Assembly: GCA_032718475.1 (NCBI GenBank)
Contig: JAUCBJ010000050.1
Span: 50,448 to 114,447 of the forward strand
Length of the DNA stretch: 64,000 nt
DNA from: Nemertoderma westbladi
Taxonomy: Eukaryota; Animalia; Xenacoelomorpha
Reading direction: 5' to 3'
This document shows positions 33,569 to 46,449 of this stretch, one piece after another (the first letter of the stretch is position 1; each line of letters starts with the position of its first letter). A program made the translations under genes and the position numbers. The notes under the pieces are model-generated. The model made no database searches. It had not been told where the DNA came from and was given only the letters and a program-made list of their open reading frames with translations.

Positions 33569-35069
33569 TGTTGCCGTTATTCCTACACCAGGGGGAAAAA
33601 CGCCGATGCTGGAGACGTGACTTAACAGACCACCGAGCCCCGGCCAGTCACCGGATATTGATTGTGGGGAGGGAATATTTCTAAGATGCAAGTTTGCGGT
33701 TGAGAAAAGCTGCATTAGTTGGATATACTCTTTAATGTAACTTCCTATAGTTGAAAACCTGTTGAAACCTGATTAAGAATAATTTTGGGCTTCCCCAAAT
33801 CAATATACACCAAATATTCACAATAAGTATACACGATAATATAAATCCCTACGGTATATTATTTAATAACCCGCTGTTCGCTCAGAATTTTAGCCTACCT
33901 AATGTTCCCCAGATTTTCCCTCAGTCCCAGTCTTAGTGCCGTAGTGTCGGTGTCGGTCGACCCTGTCGCGTGTCCGTTCCACCCCTCACGAACCCCGAAG
34001 GGAACGATCATCGAGAACCAGCACGGCTTGGCTAAGGGTCGGTCCAGTCGGTAGACTCTGTCGCGTATCCGTACCACCCCTCTCGAACCCCGAAGGGTTC
34101 GGTCATCGAGAACCAGTACGGCTTGGCTAGGAGTCCGTCAGTTCATCACAGAAACCCAACCACCTAGGCTTTCCGAGTCCTTTTCAGGCTCGTAGTCGCT
34201 TCGGCAGCCGAGAAACTGCTCCGAACAGTCGGTAGGCCAGTAGAGTCTAGTCGAGTCTAGTCCTTTGTCTTTCGACCCCATCGCGTGTCCGTTCCACCCC
34301 TCACGAACCCCGAAGGGAACGATCATCGAGAACCAGAACGGCTTGGCTAAGGGGTCTGTCGTCGGTTCCCGTCGCGAATCACAGTCAAGCAGTCAGCGTT
34401 CCGAGTCCTTTTCAGGCTCGTAGTAGCCGCAGTTGACCCGAGACCGCTAAGGGCAGTCCTTGTCAAACCAGTCCTGTGGCCAGCCCTTTCGCATGTCCGT
34501 CCCACCCCTCACGAACCCCGAAGGGATCGGTCATCGAGAACCAGTACGGCTTAGGTCAGGGGGCAGTCTTAAGTTGGCCACCTGTTCGCGTGTCCGCTCC
34601 ACCCCTCACGAACCCCGGGGTTCGATCATCGAGACCCAGAACGGCTTGGCTACTAAGGGGCCGTCGGTGCCCGTCGCAAATCCCTGACACAAGCAGTCAG
34701 CGTTCCGAGTCCTTTTCAGGCTCGTAGTAGCTGCCGTTGGCCAGGGACCGCTAAGGGCAGTCCTTGTCCTTTAGGCCTGGCGCATTACCAAATCCACCCC
34801 TACAGGCAGCAGGAAGTTGGCCAGGGCCTAATAGTACTCAGGCTAACCTGAATACTGCTTGCATTTTCCATCCCCCCTGGCCCTTATAACTATGAAATTA
34901 TTCCTGTACCCTGTAAGTTGCCCCAAAGTTCGCCCATAAATCGCCCCCAGTTTAATGAATGTGCCCAAAACCCATGGTCCCGCACCCAGTAGTAATATCG
35001 GAATAATCAATTTTAATAAAATACAAAAATATTCAACTCGCGTTATGGAAAGTTGAAATACCGCGAACA
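33569..35069 (-). repeat. 5' LTR of the nested element
   Basis: Near-identical to 23677-25177; starts TGTTCGCG and ends CAACA on the minus strand. Confidence 0.95.
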
Positions 35070-36680
35070 CGGATGAATTTATTGTGTTCATCTAGCTTGG
35101 TGAGTTTGGTTCCAAGTATTAAGGGATGGGCGCGGATGGTACGACTGCACACATCGGCTAGCCAACCGGCAAGTGCTGCGTTTTCAAAGATCGTGTATAT
35201 AGCTAAGGAGTGACGAAGTGGAACACTCATAAAGCTATACACGGCGCCAGGTGCGGTCAATGGTCCATCAAAGTATAAACGAGAATAATGATCTCCATAT
35301 ACTTGTTGGTAATTGATAGGATTTCCAACCTTGAAATTCCATCCGTATTCTTGAAAGGCAAGATGTCCGATGGAGGTTCGTTGTACTTTAGTAATGCCGC
35401 TGGGTGTATTGGCATACATAGTGCGGAAGAAACCTCGGCCTTCTGCCCAGGGAGCAATCAGCTGAGTATCAACGAAAGGGTATGGAATGTTCTCCATGTT
35501 CCCGTCGTATGCCTAATATGTTCTCCGACAGCGATGGTAGAGCAGAGGAAAAACTATTTCGCATTCTGAAATATTCAGAAATACGATCTCAGTAGGAGGA
35601 TTCAAACGTTCGAAGACTATCTCCAAATGAATTTATCCCCAGTGATTAGGGGGTGAACAACCAGATTTATGACACATAATGGTACCAGTTGTTCACAGAC
35701 TATCCACGTGTCCTTTTAGTCCTTGAATCACGGTTGTGGACTTAAGGAAATTATTGGTGGTTGATTATCTAATCAACGACAAGAGGGTGGAAGTTGATAT
35801 CATAAATATCAACAGAGTGTGACATGGACAGGAGGTGCGGACACCAATATGAGCATCCAGATTAATAGTAAGGGATGGGAGGTTTATTAAGAGGCGGTAT
35901 GTTCAATACCACGATACGGCAATGATCGGTCGATCGTCTCCCAAAGCTCCGAGCGCGTTGGGGAGAGAAGGTGGGATGAAGTATGTTGTATTTTCAATAG
36001 CGATGTATAGAGGGATAAGGGAAGTAAAGAGGAGGGAGGATATATGGTAGTATCCATAAGATACCACAATGGACATGTTTTCTGTCACGTCATCATTCAT
36101 TCTTGCCTTTTAATTGTGACACTGATCACAATAATTGCAGGAAAACGATGAAGGAAGAGAAAATTACAGCCTCCCGAAGGAGACCGCCCGCGAGCACCCG
36201 TGCCCCGGGGAAAACTATTCACATTATGGACCCTGGACATTAACCCATGTCTCTTCTCCAGTGGTTCTCCTCTATTTGTCTTTACAAGCCTTCTTCCACG
36301 TTCTATCTTTCGAGTTGATTTCGAATAGAATTCTCATTTTCTATTCTCGGTTTATCGTTCCGACTCCGCTGGGTATGATATTTAAATAAAACCATTTCCC
36401 TTTCGGTGTCTACATCATCCGTATCGTGTAAATCGATAGGATGGCCAGTAGTTAAGAAGTCCATATACGTACCATTACGATACGTATAGCGAGCGGTGAA
36501 CTTTCTATAATCCAATTCACGCGTAAATTGCTCCGGGGACATTGGCGGTTCGATATAACGACCATCATCCTCTGTAGTAGTTGGACCAGCGTCGCCGCGT
36601 ATCAAGCTATCGACATACGCTTGTAAAGGTAGAGTATATCGCTCCCTGATACCAAGATCATCTTCTATCAACTCAGTCAT
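35070..36680 (-). pseudogene. 5' part of the outer element's accessory gene (exonuclease-like region), decayed
   Basis: FVDTQLI...TSIGHLAFQEYGWNFK in ORF 35033-35497 aligns by eye with CIDTQTL...SGIGYLAVLNGGIDFK of the 866-aa protein; upstream pieces 35903-36100 and 36303-36680 are separated by stops, so their membership is tentative. Confidence 0.6.
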
Positions 36681-37506
36681 ATCTGCTATATGAGTTTATC
36701 AATATTATAATGAGTTTATATATTAGGCTAACGGGCGTCGCTGCCTACCCCTCTTTTGCCCCCGGACAGTGCAAGATCCTCAGCGCCGATGTACCGTCGT
36801 CGCTGTGCTTTCGCCAACGATGTAGCTACACAACGACAACGATAACCGGCACAAGTCACTCCACTGTCCGTCCCAAAGGCTTGGATGTACTTCAGGTTCT
36901 TTCTGGAGAGTTAGGGCTACTTTCACAATTGCGACTCGCTACTGTAAACACACTTTAGCAGTAACATATAAATACTATAAATGCACAAATTCAACACAAC
37001 TGTCACAAACTGTACACATTCGGGCCATTTGTCCGTTAGTCAGTGCCTTCCAGAATGTCACTTTATTTATTAGGTATCCTTGGATACTAGCAGTGCGCTA
37101 TTTATTCCCTATGCTATTCAATGGGGCAAGCTTTCTATTGTTCTTTTAACTCACTTCTAATTCTAGCGTGGTTGTTGCCATGGTGACATTATGGAAAGCT
37201 AGCGGTATAATTAGGGTAATTCTCATGCATACAGATCTGGGATGCTATTTAATAGTAATTCTTTAATGGTCAATATCCTCTCTATACATGATTTTATGAA
37301 TTTTATCGGCTATTGACTATATATTGGAGATTCTCGCACACTAATACACTTAATAGAATGAATCTCCGCTCCCATGATCTATTAATTAAAGGAATTTTGG
37401 GAATGTTATAAATTGCATAAAAATGACAATTTATCAAATTCGTTAAAATATGAATTTAAATTTATTCCCGTAAATTTTATTATTTAATATTAAATAGACA
37501 CAATTT

Positions 37507-37795
37507 TATTCCAGAACATGTCTGGGGACTGGGATCCTTGATTCTAGGAAATTGGTCTTTTTAAGAAGATCGGTAAGTGCTACGATATCTTAATAGACTA
37601 GAATTTTAAAGGATCTAAAATTTGACAGATTTTGTAAATATTAATAATTAATATTTAGGATGGGCACCAGTTTATTCCAGAACTTGTCTGGGGACGTTAA
37701 CCACTGATTCTAGAATTTTGTCTTTCAAGTATATCGGTGGGTGCCGCGATATCTTAACCGACTAGAATTGCAGATGGTCAAAGGGTTTAACAGAT
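37507..37795. repeat. Diverged ~165-bp tandem duplication in the outer element's intergenic region
   Basis: TTATTCCAGAAC.TGTCTGGGGAC...GATTCTAG...GATATCTTAA..GACTAGAATT at 37507 and 37672. Confidence 0.65.
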
Positions 37796-38318
37796 TTATT
37801 TTGCATTATACGCTACTGTTAAAGGGACATCACGCTACTATATGTATTATTTAATATACGGTATGAGAGCAATATCGCACGAAGCAATGTCAGTGAGAAG
37901 AGGCAAGTCGTTTCCAAGGTCTACCCAGAGCTTGGTTTAGCCGAGACACGAGGATCTGCATTTTGCATTCCTAATACTCTACTTACCAATAATACTTGAA
38001 TATAGTAGGAGCTTTATTGTACTTTAATAAGTACGGACATTTCATCTTACTGTAGTTACGTATTTGTAATGTAATACGGACAGTAACGAAAGAGAAAAAG
38101 AATTATTTCTCGCCGTCGTACTAAATATATAATATATAAGTAATTAAGTAATAAACACTAATATACATTGCACTAATCTACTAAATAATCGCTAAAATAA
38201 CATTCTACTAAATAAAATTAAAGAAAACGATTATAATAAAATTACATAATAATACATACATAAATATAAAATGATAAGAATATAAAATAATATGGTCACA
38301 CACCCACTCCATATGCTA

Positions 38319-40034
38319 CTAAGCTGGGGAGTCCCTAGATGTTTGTTGGATTAGGGAGGTGGTCGTGGGAAGAGTATCTTGTCTTCCATAGTTTCCGGAG
38401 AGTTCTCTGTCTCTTTCCAGTAGACATAAACGACCAACTGGGCGATTGAGCTGCTGTGTCTCGATGACAATTCCCGGTTTCTTGAAGTTACGTCGCTTGA
38501 CGACGAGTTCTACCGATCGCACCAAACCGTCATCCGAGATGTGAGTCTCGATGATACGACCTGTCTGCCACCGCTTACGTGGAAGATCTGAATCCACAAT
38601 AAGGACCATGTCTCCAGCGCTGACATTTTCTTGCTGCGCAAACCACTTCGTTCGAAGTTGTAGTGTGGGCAGATAGTGTTTTTCGAAATGGTCAGCGAAA
38701 CGACGGGATAACAACTGCATAAGTTGCCAAGTTTGCCGGCAGTATTCGTCTCCGTCTGTGATTTCCGATTGTGGGAGCATGGCTACAGGTTTCTTCAGTA
38801 GGAAGTGCGCAGGTGTTAGCGCTTCCAGGGAATCGGGACTCGATGAGACTGGCATAAGCGGTCTCTCATTGAGATAGGCGGTGATTTCCTCCATTAACGT
38901 CCACAAAAGTTCGTCGGTGAGATACGCGCGGCACGTCACTATAAAGTGAAATGCGGTCTTCACACTTCTAATTAATCTCTCCCAACTTCCTCCCCACCAA
39001 GGGGCGTCGGTGGCGTTGAAGGTCCAGCTAGACGCTGTTACCTTTAGCTGATCGTCCACCTGTCTTTGGTTCCAATCTTTGATGTAAGCTTTGATTTCAT
39101 TGTTGGCACCAATGAAGTTTGTTCCCTTATCAGATCTCATCGTGTTACTGGTTCCAAAGCGAGCGATCTGTCGTCGTAAGCTTAATAGGAAGCTGTTGGT
39201 AGATAAATCGTTCACCATGTCGAGATGGATAGCTCTACAAGTCATACAAACAAAGATGACACACCATCTCTTGACTATAGTCCTAGCACGATATACTTCA
39301 ATAGGGCCAAATAAATCTACACCGGTATTAGTAAAGGGTGGTTCATAGAAGCTTACTCGTTCCCTAGGTAATTCTGCCTCTCGCTGTGTTAAAGGCCTAC
39401 TGAATGCTTTCCTACAGGGTATGCAGTTCCTAAGAACTTGGTTCAGAGCTCTACGGGGTTTATAGAAATAATAGCGAGTTCGAATTTCGCTAAGAACTCG
39501 TTCTCTACCAGCATGATAAAGTTTGCTGTGAACATCTACAATCATCTTGACTTGTATCTCAAGATTTCTAATGAGTATGGGAAACTTAGTGTCAAAGGAT
39601 AATGGAGCATTCGTTAATCTTCCTCCGACACGTATCAACCCATCTATCATTGTGCTAGAGAAACGATCCCTTAAGCGCATCTGTGGATTTCTCAACAACA
39701 GGAAATACTTATCGGAATCATCATAGCATTGCAGGAGTCTCAGCATCTGCTTGTTGGTTTCTTCATGCTCCTGATAACTGATCTTCTCCTTCAGAAACCT
39801 GTCGGATATCTTATATTTGGGAAGATCTTTAACAACATGGACCTGCACCGATGTCAGCGGAGCGGTATCACTATTGGTCTTCATCCCGGAGTAGTGATGG
39901 TGAAAACATCTTTTTAAATTTTTTAACGGCCTTACAGAGCCGATTCCAGGAACTGTAGTGATGTATCGCTCTATGCAGGAGAGGTGAGAGTCCTTGCGAG
40001 ACGTCTGGTATTCCAGATTTCCAATCCTTCTCAC
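38319..40034 (-). pseudogene. BEL/Pao integrase part of gag-pol, downstream of a 1-nt frameshift near 39915
   Basis: H..H..CIPC zinc finger; GVDLFGP, RSDKGTNF, WWGGSWER (DDE triad); DUF5641-like tail. Confidence 0.93.
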
Positions 40035-40185
40035 GGATTTCCACTACAGACTTATTTGTGGCTGTGGGTTTCTGATCCAAAGCGTTGTCTCCGGAAGTAT
40101 GTAGTACAGACAGATCTACCATAGGTTTAAATAACTTCGATTTACTCGCCCGAGTTTTAGGTTTGACTTTCTCCGCTCCCTTGGC

Positions 40186-43100
40186 CTATCTGATCTCTGC
40201 CGTAGTAAGATGAGGAGGCCATTCTTCTTCTTCTTTGTAGAGGAAGTCGGGTCCACCTAACCAGTCTGGAGTATCTACCAGTTCTTGTGGAGTAGCTCCC
40301 CTGGAGGCGATGTCTGCTGGATTGATCGTTCCGGGGCAATGTCTCCATTGATCCATCTTCGTGCGACTAAGTATAATGGCTACTCTGTTGGTAACGAAGA
40401 CACTGAACTGACAGACTTCATTGGTTATATACTCCAACACGAGTAAAGCATCGGTCCAATAGACAGTTTTCTCCAGTGGATAGTCGATCTGTTCTGTTAC
40501 ATTCCGGCCGATGGCTGTAGCGTATAGAGCCGCTTTTAACTCCGCTCGAGGAACTTTCAACTTGTTGTTTATCAATGCCTTAGAGGTAACCAAAGCGACT
40601 TTGATTCCATCCGGAGTTTCCACTCTTAGGTAGGCTACTATACCTATTCCCATATCGCTGGCGTCTCCAAACACATGGAGTTGATAGGAATAAGTATGGA
40701 GAACATGACCAAAATATGAACGGGAAATTATAAAGTTCTCGATGGCTGGTAGAGAATCTTCCCATTTCATCCACTTCTTTAATAATTCTCCCTTAAGTGG
40801 ATCGTCCCATGAGTGGTTTTCAAGCCACATTTGTTGTACTAAACTCCAAGCAATCAATATAACTGGGCTAATAAATCCCAATGAATCGAAATAAGTGCTC
40901 AGGATACTTAAACAAATCCGTTTAGTCCGAACTGGATTATCTCGCTGTTTTAGCTGGAAAAACAGGATATCTCTCTCTGTGTCCCATTTCAAACCAAGTG
41001 TCTTGGTTTCTGGAAGATCATCTTTGATTAGATCTAGGTCTTTCGCTCCTCGATCTTCTACCGGGATCGACTCCAGAAACTCACGGGAGTTGCTGGTGAA
41101 TTTAGTTAATCGAAATCCACCTCTTTTTAAGCACTCTACCAGTCCTTTAGCGACATCAATGGCTTCTTCGACTGATGGAAGGGACTTTAGATTGTCATCC
41201 ATGTATATATCCCGTTTGATGTTGTCAATCACCTCTTTAGAGAAGGCTTCTCGGTTGTCATCCGCAGTGGTGCGCACCACTGAACAGGCGTTTGAAGGGC
41301 TTGAGATTATCCCAAAAGCCTGGATGGTCACCCAGTACTCCACCGGTTTCTGGTTGAGGTCTCCTTCAGGCCACCACAGAAATCGTAGGCTATCTCGATC
41401 CCTATCCAGCACCTTGACTTGTAAGAACATGCCTTCTATATCTGAGGCGAAAGCGATTGAATATTGTCTTAATCTTAAGAGTATTCCCAACAAGGATTGG
41501 AGTAAGTTGGGTCCGGTTAACAATTCGGAATTAAGGGATTGGCCCATGTAGAGTGCGGAGCCATCAAACACTACTCGTACCTCATGGGGTTTACCGGGTT
41601 TGGGAACGTAATGGTGAGTTAAATAATACGTTCTCTCAGTTATAGGTGTTTCTTCCAGTACTCGCTCCGCATATCCCTTGCTAATAAATTTCTTCAACTG
41701 CGTTTGATACATTTCTTTAGCTGAAGAATTTGCCATAAGGCGTCGATGTAGTTGAGCAATTCTTTTCTCCGCCAAGGGTCTGTTGTTTATGAACTTTGGT
41801 TCTCGTTTTCGGAAAGGTAGACCGATTTCATATCTACCTTGATCTTTAAGAAAACGTGTAGTTGTCTCTTGGATCTGCTTGGCTCTTTCTTCTTCTACCG
41901 ATAGGGCCTTATCGTAGGAATTGGGCTCTACAGCCTCTTGAGTAAAGAATCGTACGGCGTGTTCATCCCGAGTCTTGGCATTATAACGTTCAATGACGTC
42001 ATTAAGTTCGTCGTTATAGTCGTCTCGTTCTGATGGACGAAGGAGCTGACATAAGTTCACTTGGTTTTGCCAAGTCTCGTTTTCCTTAAGGAGATCAATG
42101 GTATTCTCCTCGTCGAAGAGTTGGTGGACATCGTCATTATCTGAGGAGTATGGTGTTCCCTCAGTTGGATCGTCTAACTCACTGCTCTCAACTTCCCAAT
42201 CTCTTACTTGATATACCTGATCTTTCGGTAATCTTTCCATGAGAGTTCTACGGGAAGGGCCAGTAAAGTACCAACCCACTCTAGTTCTTCCCGCATAAGC
42301 TTGTAGTGGTTGCGGTTGAGCAGGCCGTTTCTCCAATGTCTCGAGCGCCTCATGCGCATTTTGACCGATGAGTATTTGCACTCCACTGTAATCGGTGTTG
42401 AATCTAGGTATTTCAAGCTGCTGGGTGAAATCGTCCTCATCCCAGTTATAAGGTTCCACTTGGCTGGTAGCGAAGTTCTTTATCGCCACCATTTTTACTG
42501 ACCTTATACTATGTTCTCCTAGTTCATCCTGGGGGGTGGACAACGCACCTACATAATAATCCGCTATTACTGTAGATTTCCAAACTTGCATAATTCCTGA
42601 CATGTTTAGCTTAGTTCGGAACTTGGGTTGTCCAGCAAAGATGTCTTCGGCTAGTTCTTTGTCGATGAATGTTCCTGTACTACCGGAGTCAAGAAGGGCG
42701 TTCACTATATAACTCCTTTTAGGTCCGTGGACCCTTAACTGTACTACAGGAAATTCTCGGATTCCTACATTGGAAGTTGGCGCTTTCCAAAATGGTTGTC
42801 GATCAGAAGTAGTTAGGGTGAGGTCGCTGTCTGTGTCTTTTTCATACGTAAGTGCTCGATACACTGCGGTATTTATCATGTAACAGGATTCATCTTCGTC
42901 GGAGAATTCATCCGTATAGAATCCTTCCATCTCAGAACTTTGGTCAGTGTCGTTCACATCACTGAATTGGACATGTAGTTCGGAATCACTTACCTGACTC
43001 GGGCTGTTTCGTTCGAATTCAGTGTGCAACAAGATATGATGTTTCGCACCGCACTTTGCACACCTTGTGTCGGAGTAACAGGTTCGCCATTGGTGTCCTT

Positions 43101-44412
43101 GTCTGAGGCAATTATAACACAACCGCTTATCCCACATGACTTCCCGTCTCTCCGTTAATGATTTCTTCAGGAATTCATCACACATATTCAAACGGTGGGT
43201 CCCGTCACATAGCACACATTTCGGTTTGATGTTACTTACCTTATTTTGAATAACATTGTGCACACTCGTTCTTTCTTCGGGCTTTCTCACCTGAATTCTC
43301 TTAGGAGACGTAGGAGGAGTTTTTCTTACATGTTCTCTCCTGTCATTGGTTCGAGACTTGAATTTACTTACCTGTTCTTTAGGCATTTTATTGACATAAT
43401 ACGATCTTTCAGTGTCTTTCCCGCTATCCTCTCCTTGAGAAGTCTGGCTTTCGCCGTTGTCGGTATAACACACTGGTGTTACTTTTCTCCTAGAAACGGG
43501 TTTCTCACTTACCTTGTTTTCCGGTGTCTTCTCTCTGGACTGCCTTAGGAGCTGTAATTTCACTTCTCCATCTAAGAATGACATGAGATCAGCCATGGTA
43601 GGGTCTCGTCGTTGTTGTTCCATCATATATAACACTTTCTTATCCCAGCGTGTACCTACTCCACCCTTCGGTAAAGTAGAAGCCACGGCTCCAATAACCA
43701 TAGAACTCTGATATTCATGAGACTTACCTAACCAATCTAATTGTCTACAGATCTCTTGAATCTCATCGGAAAACTCTATTATCCCGCTGCTAATGAACTT
43801 TCGGGGCGCTACTAATTTTGCATACAAATATTTAGCTATGTTATTCCTATTACCATACCTGATGTTTAGTGTATCCCAAACTTGTCTTAATCCATCTGGA
43901 TGTCCAATAAACTTTAACGCCATTAACTTGGGAGATCCTTCCAAGCACTCGATGAGGAATCTAAGTTTCTCTCCATTAGATAGTACAGAGTTCTGTATGT
44001 TATCTTTGTAATATTCATTAAAAGGTAACCATTTCATCTCATCTCCATTGAACTTGACTATCTCTCCCACCTTTACCGCTTGACGGGCTTCGGTTCTAGC
44101 CATTTGACGCGTAAAACTTTCTTGGGCCATCGTGTTATTTAATATCGAGTTATCGGTATATAAATTTTTTGGATTATGATCAAGTCTATAGGGAATATCA
44201 TTGTCAAAAGGTTTATAATTACCCTTAATAGGGTTCACTATAGGAGTTTCTACTTCACTAGCAGTATAGATGCGTGTAGGCTCTACACCTTGCGCATGAG
44301 ATACTTCAGACCTAACAGGTTGACACATTGTTACCGGGGGTGGTGGTATACCCTTTTGTGTATTTACTAATTTATCGCGTTCTAACGCGATAATTTGCTG
44401 CACTTCTTGCAA
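40186..44412 (-). pseudogene. BEL/Pao Gag-protease-RT-RNase H part of gag-pol
   Basis: KFNGDEMKW; three knuckles ending HHILLH; ALLDSGS; RVVFDGS, SDIEGMF, YMDD; FGDAS, PRAEL, WTD, NPAD. Confidence 0.95.
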
Positions 44413-46449
44413 CTATAACCTACTTTCCCTTACTGTGCCCTTGAACTGCTTAACAGTCTCCTGCATCTGCCCGAGCAGGAGATCCATCCCCCGCCGTCTC
44501 TCATCCACCCACTCGACCGCCGAAGCGGGAGCCGCCAACGTTGTAGCGGGCGGATGAGGGACAACGGGCGACAAATCATTAATATTTTGCTCGGAGTCCA
44601 AGACATAAACTGTCTCATGGGCTGTTCTGCTGGGCACAGGTAGCTTAGTGCTATGCAAAGAGAATTTAGAGGTAGGTTCTGGGAGTACAGGTGTCTCTAT
44701 CACCGAAGGGGTGGCTTCGAGAACAGGCCTAATTATTTCAGGCTCATCTACTATAGTAGGGAGTCTGTCTATTTTAATAATTTGGTCTATAGGTTCTGTA
44801 CTACCTAAGTCTGTGCTAGTTAGTTGTTTTCGAACAGCTGGGGGCAAATCAGGCAATTTCTGACGGTGGGACATTCTTCTACGTCTGCTGAGACGAGATC
44901 TATTTCCTCCACCTTCAGTATCGGTGGTATCGCCTTCCTCAGATGATGTATATCCCTGTCTTTTGGGAGTAGATCGACTCATCATCTGCATCTGACTAGC
45001 TGTTAACTGTTTATTTATGCAGTCTTGCTTCTCTTGAATATTTTCCAACTCTAGTTGGGTGGTCTCTTCAGATGCTCTTCTTTCTGCTTCTGCCACTGCT
45101 CGCTTTCTTTCCGCTTCTACTGCTGCCGCTGCCGCTTTTCTTTCTGATACTGCCGCTGCCGCTTTTGCTTCTGCCGCTGCCACTTTTGCCTCTGCCGCTG
45201 CCTCTGCCGCTTTTCTATCCACTTCTGCCGCTTTTCTTTCTGCTTCTGCCTCTGCTGCTGCCGCTGCTGCTATCTTTCTGTCTTCTATACGTTTTTTCTT
45301 TACTTGTTCTTCTTGGACTCTAGTGATGCGGAGGCGTTCATCAAATTTAGCTTGGTTCGCAGCTCTCATATCCGCATCGATTGCGTCCAACACAAGCTTG
45401 GCTCCTTCACTGTTAGGGCTAAGTCCATCTAGCCTTCTCCTCAACTCTTCATCTCCTACAAAACGTTGATAGTCCGACAGATAGATGTCAATAGCATCCC
45501 TCTTATGCGGTTTCTCTACCGTCGCTTCACTTTCCACTTGGGAAAATGTAGCGTCTGTGGATTCTCCATGGGTTGAGCGCTCAGCTAACTGAGATTTCCA
45601 CGGGGCAGTTCTTTGAACTTGGAGACTCACCCGCTGTAACCAAGTCTTTACGGCAACTTGCAACGACGTGTCTTGTCTTCTTTTCGAAGCCTCCTCAAAG
45701 GCCGATAGGATTAGTCTGATTCTTAGAATTCTTTCTCGAACTTGATAAAGCAGCTCTCCCTGCTCTTGAGGTCCTTGTGGTTGTCTAAACAATTGTTCTT
45801 CTAATCGCTCCATGGAGCTGAAGAATCCCTGTACGTATCCGGCTGCGGACCTCTTCCACACAGCTGGATCGATGGTTTCCTTGGTTACTCCCATCCTGTG
45901 TATGTTTTCCCAGGCAGCTTCCGATAAGTCAAACGGGAGTCCGGGTCCGGGGAAGTTCCATTGCGACTCGACAATAGACTTCAGTTCTTCCCTTGTGTAT
46001 CCCGCATAACTATCCTTAGTCGATCGCTTACTTCTCGCCCAATCAATCTGGTGTTCCTCCACCGCAATCAATACCCTAGTGAGTACGGCTGCAGGAAGGA
46101 TGAGAAGGGGATCCGAATAAACCGCATCTGTCATCTTTGCTCCGTGCTCGGGTGTCAGCTCTACAGTATCCGCACTACTGGAGCTGTCGGGCCGCTGAGA
46201 AATAAGTTCTCGGCTCGCGGGTTGTTGCTGTTCCGCTGCTTCTTGGTCCCGCTTGACCTGAGCTCGAGTGCCTATGATAGACCTACGGTGTTGGACCAGC
46301 CTAGGGTCTGATATTACTACTGGGGGAATGATCTTTCTTACAGTAGGAGGTGAGTTGAACTTCGGTCTCACACGTTCCACACTCCTGTCTGGGTCACAGA
46401 TGGTTGTATCTAGGAGACTGTCTGACAGGTTTTGCTTGGTGTCAGACAT
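44413..46449 (-). pseudogene. N-terminal Gag extension (678 aa, Ala/Glu/Lys coiled coil), in frame with the next ORF across one TAG
   Basis: ORF ends with TAG at 44413-44415 and the 1408-aa ORF continues in the same frame. Confidence 0.8.

Larger units (their letters stand above)
23677..35069 (-). mobile_element. Nested non-autonomous BEL/Pao LTR element (11,393 bp)
   Basis: 1501-bp direct repeats with TGT...ACA ends; TSD CGGAT at 23672-23676 and 35070-35074; PPT; BEL-type Gag-protease ORF. Confidence 0.95.

Noticed and set aside
23677-35069. 1.5-kb direct repeat as an assembly duplication
   Set aside because: TG...CA ends, the CGGAT TSD, the PPT and restoration of the interrupted ORF show that these are LTRs.
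45059-45469. Ala-rich and Leu-rich plus-strand ORFs
   Set aside because: Antisense shadows of the repetitive Gag coiled-coil region.
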